Shown: positions 11,940 through 25,050 of the stretch, piece by piece
Position numbering within the stretch: the stretch's first letter is position 1
Layout of the letters: every line of letters begins with the position of its first letter
DNA from: Stegostoma tigrinum
Taxonomy: Eukaryota
Length of the DNA stretch: 64,000 nt
NCBI RefSeq assembly: GCF_030684315.1
Contig: NC_081398.1
Location: forward strand, 4,568,385-4,632,384
Reading direction: 5' to 3'
Program-made: the position numbers and the translations under genes
The notes under the pieces: generated by a model
Told to the model about the DNA's origin: nothing
Seen by the model: the letters and a program-made list of their open reading frames with translations, nothing else
Databases searched by the model: none

Positions 11940-14030
11940 GTCCTGCTGTCTGCGTGGGTTTCCTCTGGGTGCTCTGGTTTCCTCCCACAGTGCCCAGGGA
12001 TGTGCGGGTTAGGGTGGATTGGCTGTGCTAAATTGTCCCGTAGTGCCCAGGGATGTGCTGGTTAGGGTGGATTGGCCGTGCTAAATTGTCCCGTAGTGCC
12101 CAGGGATGTGCAGGTTAGGGTGGATTGGCCGTGCTAAATTGTCCCGTAGTGCCCAGGGATGTGCAGGTTAGGGTGGATTGGCCGTGCTAAATTGTCCCGT
12201 AGTGCCCAGGGATGTGCGGGTTAGGGTGGATTGGCCGTGCTAAATTGTCCCGTAGTGCCCAGGGATGTGCAGGTTAGGGTGGATTGGCCGTGCTAAATTG
12301 TCCCGTAGTGCCCAGGGATGTGCAGGTTAGGGTGGATTGGCCGTGCTAAATTGTCCCATAGTGCCCAGGGATGTGCAGGTTAGGGTGGATTGGCCGTGCT
12401 AAATTGTCCCATAGTGCCCAGGGATGTGCGGGTTAGGGTGGATTGGCCGTGCTAAATTGTCCCGTAGTGCCCAGGGATGTGCGGGTTAGGGTGGGTTGGC
12501 CGTGCTAAATTGTCCCATAGTGCCCAGGGATGTGCAGGTTAGGGTGGATTGGCCATGCTAAATTGTCCCATAGTGCCCAGGGATGTGCGGGTTAGGGTGG
12601 ATTGGCCGTGCTAAATTGTCCCGTAGTGCCCAGGGATGTGCAGGTTAGGGTGGGTTGGCCGTGCTAAATTGTCCCGTAGTGCCCAGGGATGCGCGGGTTA
12701 GGGTGGGTTGGCCGTGCTAAATTGTCCCGTAGTGCCCAGGGATGTGTGGGTTAGGGTGGATTGGCCGTGCTAAATTGTCCCATAGTGTCCAGGGATGTGC
12801 GGGTTACGGTGGGTTGGCCGTGCTAAATTGTCCCGTAGTGCCCAGGGATGTGCGGGTTAGGGTGGGTTGGCCGTGCTAAATTGTCCCGTAGTGCCCAGGG
12901 ATGTGCGGGTTAGGGTGGATTGGCCGTGCTAAATTGTCCCATAGTGTCCAGGGATGTGCAGGTTAGGGTGGGTTGGCCGTGCTAAATTGTCCCGTAGTGC
13001 CCAGGGATGTGTGGGTTAGGGTGGGTTGGCCGTGCTAAATTGTCCCGTAGTGCCCAGGGATGTGTGGGTTAGGGTGGATTGGCCGTGCTAAATTGTCCCA
13101 TAGTGTCCAGGGATGTGCGGGTTAGGGTGGATTGGCCGTGCTAAATTGTCCCGTAGTGCCCAGGGATGTGCGGGTTAGGGTGGATTGGCCGTGCTAAATT
13201 GCCCCGTAGTGCCCAGGGATGTGCGGGTTAGGGTGGACTGGCCGTGCTAAATTGTCCCGTAGTGCCCAGGGATGTGCGGGTTAGGGTGGGTTGGCCGTGC
13301 TAAATTGTCCCGTAGTGCCCAGGGATGTGCGGGTTAGGGTGGATTGGCCGTGCTAAATTGTCCCGTAGTGCCCAGGGATGTGCGGGTTAGGGTGGGTTGG
13401 CCGTGCTAAATTGTCCCATAGTGCCCAGGGATGTGCGGGTTAGGGTGGGTTGGCCGTGCTAAATTGTCCCGTAGTGCCCAGGGATATGAGGGTTAGGGTG
13501 GGTTGGCCGTGCTAAATTGTCCCGTAGTGCCCAGGGATGTGCGGGTTAGGGTGGGTTGGCCGTGCTAAATTGTCCTGTAGTGCCCAGGGATGTGCGGGTT
13601 AGGGTGGGTTGGCCGTGCTAAATTGTCCCATAGTGCCCAGGGATGTGCGGGTTAGGGTGGATTGGCCGTGCTAAATTGTCCCATAGTGTCCAGGGATGTG
13701 CGGGTTAGGGTGGGTTGGCCGTGCTAAATTGTTCCGTAGTGCCCAGGGATGTGTGGGTTAGGGTGGGTTGGCCGTGCTAAATTGTCCCGTAGTGCCCAGG
13801 GATGTGCGGGTTAGGGTGGATTGGCCGTGCTAAATTGTCCCATAGTGTCCAGGGATGTGCGGGTTAGGGTGGATTGGCCGTGCTAAATTGTCCCATAGTG
13901 CCCAGGGATGTGTGGGTTAGGGTGGGTTGGCCGTGCTAAATTGTCCCGTAGTGCCCAGGGATGTGCGGGTTAGGGTGGATTGGCCGTTAGAATTACAGGG
14001 ATAGGGGTGGTACACTCTTTGGGGTGTTGG
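11940..14030 (+). mobile_element. V-SINE (HE1-like) with a ~37-copy internal 53-bp tandem expansion
   Basis: V-domain-like GTCTGCGTGGGTTTCCTCTGGGTGCTCTGGTTTCCTCCCACAG followed by the 53-bp array at 11990-13986. Confidence 0.85.
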
Positions 14031-15968
14031 TCTTGGACAAATTGCCCCCTTGCGCACTGCGGGGAATTCCCTCGGATCTTGGGTCACCCTCACAAATCTT
14101 CTGTATATCTTCCCCAGCGTCTCTATATCCTTTTTTCTAACTGTGAGGGTTCGAGCTGTGTGCACACTGCACCCACACATGCAAGTATAATCTGCCTTTG
14201 GCAGTTTCAGGCCCCCATTCTTGGAGAAATAAACACCATTTCCTTTTGTTTGTGGCCTTCCCTTTGCTACTTTGGGACATTTCTGCTCGTGGGAATCAGA
14301 TGTCGCTGGCTGGACCCAGCATTTATTGCCCTGTCCCTAACTGCCCCGGAGAAGGTGGGGGTGAGGTGCAGTTGCGTGTGGTGTAGGGATCCCCACACAG
14401 TGCCCTGAGGGAGGCGAGTTCCAGGAGTCTGACCCAGCAACACTGCAGGAACGGCCAATATCCTTCCAAGTCGGGATGGGGAGGGGCTCGGAGGGGAACT
14501 TGCAGTGGGGTCTGGTGTTCCCATGTATCTGCCGCGCTTGTCCTTCCAGAGGGACGTGACCGTGGGCTCGGAAGATTCTTCAGTGACTTTCTGCAGTGCA
14601 CCTTGTAGCTGGGACACACGGCTGTTAATGAGTAACACAGCAACTTCCCCACGACCAAAAACTTCCTGAGTCTGGTTTTATTTCCTTCTTAAACACTATC
14701 CACCCCCAATAAAACATTATATTTTTCAATTCATTCACAGGATGAGGCCATCATTGGCCAGGCAGAATTTCTTGCCCATCCCCAATTGCCCAGAGGGCAG
14801 CTAAGAGTCACCCACATTGCTGTGGATCTAGAGTCACATGTAGGCCAGACCAGGTAGGGAGTGCAGTTTCCTTCCCTAAAGGACATTAGTGAACCAGATG
14901 GGTTTTTCCAAAAATCGACAATGGGTTCACGCTCATCATTAGACTCTTAATTCCAGTTATTTTATTGAATTCAAATTCCACCGTCTCCCATAGCCTGGGA
15001 CCCCAGGACATTACCTGGGCCTCTGGTTTAACAATAGTACCACTGGGCCATCACCTGCTCTGTTCAGGAGCAACGCACGTCATCAATGTTGAGGGGAACG
15101 GACAAAATGAAAACACAGTTGGAAGGGTGGATAAAGCATTGTATATCCCCTGCTGCCCACCTCTCTCTCTCTGAAGGGATTAACAGCGTTAATGGACAGC
15201 ACATGCTTGCTCTCCAAGGTCCCCCGGGCTCGAACATAACCGCGGAGGAGGGGCAGGCAGTCAGCAGAGATGACCCCCCCCCCCCCCACCCTACTCCACA
15301 GCCTGCTGCTTGGACCTGTTTGTAGCCCAGGCTGACCAGGCCCAGGAGCAGAGCCACGAGGAGATCCTCCTAACATCCCTCAACCCTCCACACAGAGCGC
15401 CCAAAGGTCATCAAATGTGGGGCTGAGGTGCAACCCAAACCATAACAAAAGGCTTTTATTTTCCAAGTAACCAAAAAAGCAGTGCAATCACCCACAACTG
15501 ATATGTCCATGGTCCACAGACTCCGCGGAAGTGAACAGCTGAGCGGGGAGTCCGTGGTTTGTCGTAACCTGTGTTTCTGAAGGTGGGTTCAGAACCGAAA
15601 CGTCAGCTTTCCTGCTCCTCTGATACTGCCCGGCCTCCTGTGTGCATCCAGCTCCTCACTGAGTTATCTCCGACTCCAGCATCTGCAGTTCTTCCTATCT
15701 CAGTGGTTACAAGGGCTATTTTGAAATGGTGTGTTATAATCTCGTTGTGAGATAGTATCTTTCAGATAGTTAGCAATTAATACACTTTATACAGGCCATG
15801 CTAATTATCTGATGAACTATAATGAAAGCATTGCAGTCATCAAACTGATTCATCCTTTGCCTGGGTGTGTATAATCGAGTAATTCTTGAAAGGATTCTCA
15901 ACAAATTTCTGGGTTTAATTTTTTATTTAAGCGCCATCCCTCGAGCTGCCTATTCTGACCTCTAATTA

Positions 15969-16109
15969 GAGATAACAGGAACTGCAGATGCTGGACAATC
16001 CGAGATAACAAAGTGTGGAGCTGGATGAACACAGCAGGCCAAGCAGCATTTTGTGCTCCTGAGATGTTGCTGGGCCTGCTGTGTTCATCCAGCTCCACAC
16101 TTTGTTACC
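15969..16109. mobile_element. Mini fold-back PLE derivative with a ~13-bp TSD
   Basis: CTGACCTC(T)AATTA on both flanks. Confidence 0.75.
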
Positions 16110-18884
16110 CTGACCTCAATTACTTCTTTAATAGTCCCCCCCCACGATGAGGGTGTCGCTGGTCCGATTCGCTCAGAGGCTAAATAATAGGCAGTCACAT
16201 AGGCCAGACCGGGTAGCTCTTAAACGCTCGTGGGGCATGGAACCATCGACGGGTGCCAGCGTCCCGTCCCGCGTTCGGAAAGCGGGCAGGGAAAGGTCGT
16301 TTCCCAGTTTTGGCATTAGCGGTGGCAGGTTTACCGCAGGGACTTCTCTTGAGGGAACTCCCTCCCCCAGAGTGTGATGGTGCCAGAGATTGCGAGTAAA
16401 TTTGAGGAGGAGATAGACTTTTGGTGACAGCTTGAAGGGTTATGGTGGAGCAAGTTTGATGGGCTGAATGGCCTCCTCCTGCTCCTAGTTCTCACGCGGA
16501 GCTTGAGGTTTAATTTCAATTCGACTGTCTTGAAAGATGTGACGGAGTGCTTCAACCCCGGAAGGATCTGAGATCCTCACCAACGCCCACAACCCCCGGA
16601 GAGTCTCCCATCTGAGGTGCAGTGCCTTTGGAAGGACTCACTAGCCTCACAGGCTAAAGTGTCTTTTCCCTAGGGTGGGGCATTTAGAGACAAGGAGGCG
16701 CGTTTTTAAGGTGAGAGGTGAAAGAGTGGCACCAATTTTTTTTACGCAGAGTGGGATTAACTTCCCGAGGAAGAGGCAGATTTTGAGAAGTAATTCATTC
16801 AGAGGATTTATTGCCCATCCCCTAATTGCCCAGGGGGCAGTTAAGAGTCACCCACATTGCAGGGGGTCTGGAATCACATGTGGGCCAGAACGGGTCAGGA
16901 TGGCAGTTTCCTTCCCTAAAGGGCATTCGTGAGCAGATGGCATTTTCTGACAATTGACAAATCGGTTCGTGGTCATCATTTAGACTCTTAATTCCTTATA
17001 TTTTCCATTGAATTCATACCCCCGATCTGCTGTGGTAGGATTTGAAGAATATTACCTGGTAATAAATCACCAGGCCATCCCCTCCCCCATGCAGAGGTAC
17101 AGTTACAACATTTAAAAGACATTTGGATAAGTTCATGAATAGGAAAGGTTTGGAGGGATAGGGGCCAGGAGTGGGCGGGCAGGACTAGTTCGGTTTAGGA
17201 ACATGGTCGGCATGGACTGGTTGGGCCAAAGGGTCTGTTTCTGTACTGTAGGCCTATGATTTTACGACTCTGTTAAGAAACACATCGGTCAGGCAATGAA
17301 GGAAATTCCAACCTAAATGCACAGATGGGTATAAATGCTGATATGAGCGTTCCAGGGCTGATAGCATTCTCATTGGACTTGTACTCTGAGCATAGGTCAC
17401 TGATCCTTCAGCGGTTCATCATTTCCAGATGTATTTATGTTCCGGGAGGTTTATCAGCATCTTCCTGACTACAGATAAGCTCTGCATCAGATTTTCGGAG
17501 GTATATCGTAGTTTGCCACTGAGAACATTCCACCTGGACCAAGCTGATGCTTAAAGTTACAAGGTACAGCCCAATGAGAATGCCACTCCCACTCTGCGCT
17601 GGATTCATTTGCAGAGCACCTATAAATTGGCAACATGGGAAAGAGGCCATTCAGCCCCCTAGCAATACAAGTAATCCCACTCAAGCCTGCAGCACTGTGG
17701 GTTTTTAGCACTTCAAGCATGCATCCAATACTTTGTAAACACACACACAGAGGGCTTCTCTCTGAGTTCCAGATGCTCACTGGCCTTTGGCTGAAAATTT
17801 GTCTCTTCAACTCCTCTCTCACCGCTCTGCGGTCTATTTTTAAATCTATCCCCCCACGACCAGATACTCCCTCTCTGCTCACCAGTTTTTACAGATGCCC
17901 CACAGAAATCATCCTGTCTGGTTGCATCCCCGCTTGGTACAGCAACTGCTCTGCGCAGGGCCGCAAGAAACTCACAGAGAGGTGTGACCACAGCCCCAGT
18001 CCATCACACAAGCCAGCCCCCCAGCTACTGACCCCATCTCTACCTCCCACTGCCTCAGGAAAGCAACCAACATCATCAAGGACCCCTCCTACCCCAGTTT
18101 ATTATCTCTTCCACCCCCTTCTACTAGGGCAGAAGGTAGAAAATTCTGAAGTCCGCTAAGGGAAATTGTTCCTTCCTGTCCACTATATCTAGGTCATCCA
18201 TAATTTTATACATCTCAGTTAAATCTCCCGCAAGTTTCCTCTATTCCAAACATAACTCCCCACCCCAGCCACTCCCCATCCTGATTTGGAAATGTATCGG
18301 CCGTTCCTTCAGTGTCGCTGGGTCAGAATCCTGGAACTCCCCTCCCTGACGGCGCTGTGTGGGTGCCCCTGCACGTCATGGGACTGCAGTGGTTCAAGAA
18401 GGCAGCTCACCCCCAACTTCTCCAGGGAAATATTTTTTTCTTCTTTACTCATTCATGGGATGAGGGTGTCGCTGACTAGGCCCAGCATTTATTACCCATC
18501 CCTAATTGCCCAGAGGGCAGTTAAGAGTCAACCACATTGCTGTGGGTCTGGAGTCACATGGAGGCCAGATCAGGTAAGGATTACAGTTTCCTTCCCTAAA
18601 GGGCACTGATGAACCAGATGGGCTTTCCCCCCAAATTGACAATGGGTTCACCGTCATCATTAGATTCTTAATTCCAGGTATTTTATTGAGTTGAAATTCC
18701 AACATCTGCCGTGGTGGGATTCGAACCTGGGTCCCCAGAATGTAATGTGGGTCTCTGGTTTAACAGTCCAGTGATAATACCACCAGGCCATTCCCTCTCC
18801 AATAATAACAAAAGAAAAAGAAAATAGAATCACTGTCATCCCACCAGACCAAAGACTGTTCTATGAGTGTGAGAGAGAGCGATA

Positions 18885-18887
18885 CAC

Positions 18888-18943
<56 letters not shown>

Positions 18944-18995
18944 ATAGAGAGAGAGAGAGTGAGACACGCACACAGACATATAGAGAGAGAGACAG
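18885..18995. repeat. (TG)n/(AG)n microsatellite
   Basis: Visible. Confidence 0.95.
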
Positions 18996-19069
18996 AAAGG
19001 AGGGTCACCATACCTCGAGTGAGGGGGACAGTCCTTCATGATAACCTCAACCAGTGATGGGAATTGAAC

Positions 19070-19245
19070 CTGAGACAATGGGAACTGCAGATGCTGGAAA
19101 ATCTGAGATAACCAGGTGTAACCTGCTGGATGAACACAGCAGGCCAAGCAGCATCAGAGGAGCAGGAAGGCTGACATTTCAGGCCTAGAATTCCTAAGAT
19201 GCTGCTTGGCCTGCTGTGTTCATCCAGCTCCACACTTTGCTAACC
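19070..19245. mobile_element. Mini fold-back PLE derivative with a 12-bp TSD
   Basis: TGGGAATTGAAC at 19058-69 and 19246-57. Confidence 0.75.
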
Positions 19246-19459
19246 TGGGAATTGAACTTGTGCTGTTTGTGTCACACTGCATTGCAAACCAGCCGTCCAG
19301 CTCACTGAGCTAACCTGCACCCCAGCTATAGGGTATTTAAAAGAATGGGTGACAAACATTGCACACAGATAGCCTGCGATCCGAGAGCACACTGTAAAGA
19401 GAAAAACCCCATCCAAACACTGCTCATCACAACAAAGCCGACAAGATAACACATACCAG

Positions 19460-19483
19460 CACTGACACTCACACCCACACACT

Positions 19484-19531
<48 letters not shown>

Positions 19532-19843
19532 CACACACAAACAGACACACACACACTCAGACACATACCGACACTCTCACACACACGCTCACAGACACAC
19601 ACACACTCACACACACACACACGCTCACAGACACATACCGACACTCTCACACACACGCTCACAGACACAGACACACACACACACTCACAGGCAGACACAT
19701 ACCGACACTCACACACACTCACACACAGACACATACGGACACTCACACACACACTCACAGGCAGACACATACCGACACTCACACAGACACACACACACAC
19801 ACACTCACACACAGACACATACCGACACTCACACACATACCGA
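19460..19843. repeat. (CA)n-rich compound microsatellite running into an assembly gap (N 19844-20396)
   Basis: Visible. Confidence 0.95.
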
Positions 19844-20629
19844 NNNNNNNNNNNNNNNNNNNNNNNNNNNNNNNNNNNNNNNNNNNNNNNNNNNNNNNNN
19901 NNNNNNNNNNNNNNNNNNNNNNNNNNNNNNNNNNNNNNNNNNNNNNNNNNNNNNNNNNNNNNNNNNNNNNNNNNNNNNNNNNNNNNNNNNNNNNNNNNNN
20001 NNNNNNNNNNNNNNNNNNNNNNNNNNNNNNNNNNNNNNNNNNNNNNNNNNNNNNNNNNNNNNNNNNNNNNNNNNNNNNNNNNNNNNNNNNNNNNNNNNNN
20101 NNNNNNNNNNNNNNNNNNNNNNNNNNNNNNNNNNNNNNNNNNNNNNNNNNNNNNNNNNNNNNNNNNNNNNNNNNNNNNNNNNNNNNNNNNNNNNNNNNNN
20201 NNNNNNNNNNNNNNNNNNNNNNNNNNNNNNNNNNNNNNNNNNNNNNNNNNNNNNNNNNNNNNNNNNNNNNNNNNNNNNNNNNNNNNNNNNNNNNNNNNNN
20301 NNNNNNNNNNNNNNNNNNNNNNNNNNNNNNNNNNNNNNNNNNNNNNNNNNNNNNNNNNNNNNNNNNNNNNNNNNNNNNNNNNNNNNNNNNNNNNNNAAAA
20401 GCACTGCCTGCTATACCCAATGGTGAGGCCTCAGTTTAATGGATCATCTGAGAAAGACTGTGCCCCGCTCCGTGTGCACCTTGTATCATCTCCACAGACG
20501 GTGCTGACCTCCCGCGCTGTGTTCTGTGTGGGGATCGAGGGGGTACAGTTCCATCCCTGGGTTACAGCTCAGTCACCGAACAGCATTCGCAGCTGGCTGA
20601 GGAGTAATGTCGAGGGGGCTGCAGATAGG

Positions 20630-20775
20630 GACAGCCAGCATGTGGTGGGGGGGGGGGGACACACCCAGCATGTGGTTGGGGGGGTTGACACCCAGCATGT
20701 GGTTGGGGGGTTGACACCCAGCATGTGGCGGGGGGGGACACCCAGTACATGGTGGGGGGATAAACACCCAGCACG
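20630..20775. repeat. ~28-bp minisatellite (CACCCAGCATGTGGTGGGGGG..) just downstream of the MBLAC1 stop
   Basis: About 5 degenerate copies. Confidence 0.8.
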
Positions 20776-20892
20776 CGAGCGCCACCCCCCATCTGGGAGG
20801 GTCAGCCCGAGAATCCATCTTGCGCCAATCCCTTGTTCCCACCGTCGCCACTCCCACCCACCCCGCTCCCCCCCCCACCACGACCACAACGC

Positions 20893-21546
20893 TCACGCCT
20901 CCTTTATCACTCGGAAGGGCGGCCCGTGCCCGGGAACGATGATGTCGGCCAAGGCCAGGACCCTCTGGCGCTGCTCGGCCTGCAGCTCGGGGTTTTCACT
21001 TAGGAGCCGCCAGCCGGCCCCACCCTCGTCGTCTCCCTCCCTTTCGAACAGGTCCCCGGCCACCACCACCGTGCCCTCCTCTGTGCCCCTCACCAGGACG
21101 CTGACATCGCCGGCGCAGTGCCCGGGGGTGGGCAGCACCTCCAAGCCGTCGTCCAGCCGATACGGAAGCCCGGCGTCGAAATCGTGCTGCACGTACACGC
21201 CGCGCCGGCAAATGTCCCGCGACACGATGACGGTGGCCTCGGGGAACAGGTTGAGGTTGCCGACGTGATCCGAGTGGCCGTGGGTGCAGACCACGAAGGA
21301 GACCCCTTCCGGCTCCAACCCATGGGCCTGCAGGCCCTGCAGGAGGTAATCCTTGTCCCAAGGGGTGCCGGTGTCCACCAGAACCGCGTGCCGGCCCTTC
21401 AGCAGCGTGATCGAGCCGTCCGCTCGGGTGTTACCGTCACTGTCTGTGTAGGCGTAGCCCTCTTTCAGCACAAAGACCGAGTAGGGGTTCCCCAGAATGG
21501 CTGAAGCCCCCAGTGGCTGGGTCCGTACCTTCGGCCCTGAGCTCAT
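20893..21546 (-). CDS. MBLAC1: Metallo-beta-lactamase domain-containing protein 1, intronless CDS, 217 aa
   Basis: MSSGPKVRTQPL... with LVDTG, THGHSDHVGNL (HxHxDH), TPGH, AGDLF and IIVPGHG motifs; lies next to CNPY4 as in human 7q22.1; acceptor TTTCTTTAG upstream puts the exon start at 21614. Confidence 0.93.
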   Translation of the reverse strand: MSSGPKVRTQPLGASAILGNPYSVFVLKEGYAYTDSDGNTRADGSITLLKGRHAVLVDTGTPWDKDYLLQGLQAHGLEPEGVSFVVCTHGHSDHVGNLNLFPEATVIVSRDICRRGVYVQHDFDAGLPYRLDDGLEVLPTPGHCAGDVSVLVRGTEEGTVVVAGDLFEREGDDEGGAGWRLLSENPELQAEQRQRVLALADIIVPGHGPPFRVIKEA

Positions 21547-21764
21547 AGCGGCCTCCCACTCGACACACACACACACACACCCGCGTCTTACTCCCGGCGC
21601 TTTCAGTCCATCCTCTAAAGAAACAAGAATTAAACTCAGTGACAAAAGCATCCCCTTTTAAACACAATGTCAGACAATCTGGTGCCAGGAAGGTGAGAGT
21701 TCATCAGGCATTCTGGATAACGAAGAGCCCTCTGTCATATAACGCAGCGTGTATACACACAGAG

Positions 21765-22485
21765 TCATAGTTACACAGCTCACAAACTATGGTCCAACTC
21801 GGCCAGGCATCCTAAATTAATCTAGTTCTCAGGAAGGGTTACCGGACCCAAAACGATAACTCTGTTTTCTCTTCCACAGATGCTGCCAGACCTGCCCAGC
21901 TTTTCCAGCAACTTTGTTTCTGTTCCTAAATTAATCCAGTCCCATTTGCCAGTATTTAGCCCATATCCCTCTAAACCCTTCCTATCCATGTCCCCATCCA
22001 GATGCCTTTTAAATACTGTAACTGTACCAGCCTCCACCACTTCTTGTTCCATACACCCTCTGTGTGAAAAAGCTGCCCCTCTGTTCACTTCCCCCTCTCA
22101 CCTTAAACCTCTAGTTTGGGGCTCCCCCACCCTGGAGAAAAGACCTTGATTATTCACCCTATCCATGCCCCTCACAGTTTTATAAACCTCTATAAGGTCA
22201 CCCCGACACTCCAGGGAAAATAGCCCCGGTCTATCCAGCCTCTCCCTGTAACTCAAACCCTCCAAAGCCAGCAACATCCTTGTAAATCTTTTTCATGTTT
22301 AAACAACATCCTTCCTATAGCAGGGAGACCAGGACTGAACGCAGTATTCCAAAAGTGGCCCTGACCAATGTCCTGTTCAGCTGCAACATGACCCTCCCAA
22401 CTCCTACACTCAACGTACTGACCAATAAAGGCGAGCGTCCCAAACACCTTCCTCACCGCCCTGTCTACCTGCGGCTCCACTTTCA
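21765..22485 (-). mobile_element. CR1 LINE 3' fragment with a nested PLE piece
   Basis: CR1 ORF2 end; insert 21827-21924 flanked by CCTAAATTAATCYAGT. Confidence 0.8.
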
Positions 22486-22549
22486 GGGAGGTCTGTTACA
22501 GCATAAATCATGTAAATAATGACTCAACTTTGCCTTAAACAAAACTTAC

Positions 22550-22643
22550 CAGCAGACAGCCTTCTCACTCACACCCTCAGGTGACCACTTGGACACTTTG
22601 GTCTTTGAGGAGAAATTGACTCAACTGTTGATATGTTGCACGG
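22550..22643 (-). other. Candidate MBLAC1 5'UTR exon
   Basis: Acceptor TTTAATTTTACAG and donor CTG|GTAAGT in unique sequence. Confidence 0.5.
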
Positions 22644-23099
22644 CTGTAAAATTAAACAGTAAGTATATTAACGCTGGGGTAAATAATTGTATAAAAAGGG
22701 GGAGAGAATAATACAGTAAACTTCGCAGTATTCGAGGTATATAAATTTTGCCAGTTTTTTTTAAAGAGCGCCAGTACATCAGCTGCTGGTTCAAACAAAA
22801 TGTTTGTGGTTATTTAATTGTTCATACACCCAGAACCAATGACATTTTAATTAACTCATTTGTGGGATGTGGGCATCGCTTGGCTAAGTGGTTGACTCAA
22901 GGAGCAGTAACAGTGCGAGGATATACTTTTGTAGCAGCCAGCGGTTGGGATCCAGAGCGCGCTCACGATGAGAGAGGCAGGTCCAACTGAGGCTCGAGAG
23001 GGCAAGTCCGAAATGTTTCAAGGGGCTACGGGGAAAACGGCAGGGAAGATAGATTTCTATTCGGCTCACGGCATGTGGGACCTGTGCTGGCCACTCCAC

Positions 23100-23950
23100 G
23101 ACTGTGTGGCCCACTTCGAGTCTAACCCCGTTCACCGGTGACACTGCTGTGGTGGGACAGGCCTCAAATGACGGGGATTCAGAGTACGGGAAAGAGATTG
23201 AGAGCTCAGTTGCGCCGTGTAAAGGCAAAATCCCTCCCTCTTGCTGCCAGCAAAGCGAAAGCAGCTGGTCATTGACTTCAGGAAGCAGAGCATCTGTATC
23301 GATGGTGCTGAGGTGGAGATGGTCGAGAGCTTCAAGTTCCTGTAAATAACTATTACTAACTGTCTGTCCTGCCCCACCCACATTGACATTACGGTCAAGA
23401 AAGTACAACAAGCCTCTACTTCCACAGGAGGCTAAGGAAATTCGGCGTGTCCACAAGGACTCTGACCAATTTTTATAGATGCACCAGAGAAATACACCGT
23501 ACAGTTTGGGACGGCAACTGTTCTGCCCAGGGCTGTAAGAAACTGCGGAGAGGTGCGAGCACCGCCCAGTCCCTCACACAAACCAACCTTCCACCGACTG
23601 GCTCCGTCTCTACCTCCCACTATCTCGGGAGAGTAGCCGACATCATCTAAGACCCCTCCCACCCCAGTTACACTCTCTTCCACCCTCATGCATCAGGCAG
23701 AAGTTACAACAGTTTGAAAACACTTACAAACAGATTGAAGGACAGCTTCTTCCCTGCTGTTTTCAGATTTACGAATGGGCCTCTCATCTGTTAGAGTTGA
23801 TCTTTCTCAGCCCCTTCTCTGTAGTTACATTCTGCATCCTGCTCTATTACCCTGACGTACTTACGTAAGGTATGATTTGTCTGGATAGCCCGCAAAACAA
23901 TACTTTTCACTATATCTCACTACACGTGACAACAATAAATCAAATCAAAA
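23100..23950 (+). mobile_element. Degenerate non-LTR retrotransposon 3' fragment (Rex1/Babar-like)
   Basis: F.GDTAVVG...EYGKEIE and TLTNFYRCT peptides; AATAAATCAAATCAAA tail; related pieces at ~17860-18150 and ~54625-54940. Confidence 0.6.
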
Positions 23951-24129
23951 AACCCTTCCCATCCCTGACTCTCCTCTGCAGCAACCACATTAGCCGTGGG
24001 TCGAGAACCATATGTAGGAACAGCAGAATTAGGCACAGAATCTCTACCATGCAGGGAGAGGCCATTCAGCTCACTGAGTCTGCAGTGACCCTGCAAAAGG
24101 GCAGCCCACCCAAATACACCACCTCCCCC

Positions 24130-24640
24130 CCAGTGCAACCCTGCATATTTCACGGGTAGCCCACCCTAACCCGCACATCCCTGGGCACTATGGGACAATT
24201 TAGCACGGCCAACCCACCCTAACCTGCACATCCCTGGACACTATGGGACAATTTAGCACGGCCAACCCACCCTAACCCGCACATCCCTGGGCACTATGGG
24301 ACAATTTAGCACGGCCAACCCACCCTAACCCACACATCCCTGGGCACTATGGGACAATTTAGCACGGCCAATCCACCCTAACCCGCACATCCCTGGGCAC
24401 TACGGGACAATTTAGCACGGCCAACCCACCCTAACCCGCACATCCCTGGGTGCTACGGGACAATTTAGCACAGCCAATCCACCCTAACCTGCACATCTTA
24501 GGACTGTGGGAGGAAACTGGAGCACCCAGAGGAAACCCAAGCAGACACGGAGAGAATGTGCAAACTCCACACAGATACAGTCGCCCGAGGGTGGGATTGG
24601 ACCCGGGTCCCTGACCGCGAGGCAGCAGCACTAACCAGCA
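24130..24640 (-). mobile_element. V-SINE with a ~6-copy 53-bp expansion
   Basis: Same head, V-domain and unit. Confidence 0.8.
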
Positions 24641-24914
24641 AACCCACCCCAGTCTTCCCTCTGTAAAAGTGCATGAGCGAACCAGGCGGGATTTTACGAC
24701 AACCAATGATAGTTTAGCAGCTCCAAAGAGGAGCTTTTAATTCTAGACTTTAGTAATTAGATGGGTGCCATTGATGGATTTGAACCTGAAGGTTTAGCCT
24801 TGGGCTTTGGGCTACGAGCCCAGTCGCACGGCCCTACAATTCACCTATTAGTCAGCATGGCACCATAACCACGTAGATCACCATTTAACACTTTAAAGAC
24901 TCATTTCCATTTAC

Positions 24915-25050
24915 CTTCTGGGTTTATTCTCACTGAGGGACAGAGCCAGAGAAAGCCTCAGTTGGTGTGTGTATTCTTTGATGAATCATACGAGCTCAGG
25001 GTTTATCTCCTATGTCGGGGAAGGCAAGAGAACACAAGGAAAGGCGACAG
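24915..25050 (-). other. Candidate MBLAC1 5'UTR exon
   Basis: Pyrimidine-rich acceptor ...CTCTCCCCGACTCAG and donor AAG|GTAAAT. Confidence 0.35.

Noticed and set aside
11990-13986. CRISPR-like regular repeats (also 26150-34500)
   Set aside because: No unique spacers; eukaryotic tandem repeats
19779-20420. ORFs spanning N runs (also 62489-63180)
   Set aside because: Assembly-gap artefacts
20420-21504. Long plus-strand ORFs antisense to MBLAC1
   Set aside because: Shadow of a GC-rich CDS
21547-21651. N-terminal extension of the MBLAC1 ORF in the track (252 aa)
   Set aside because: Crosses the splice acceptor at 21615 and a TG microsatellite; the ATG at 21546 fits better
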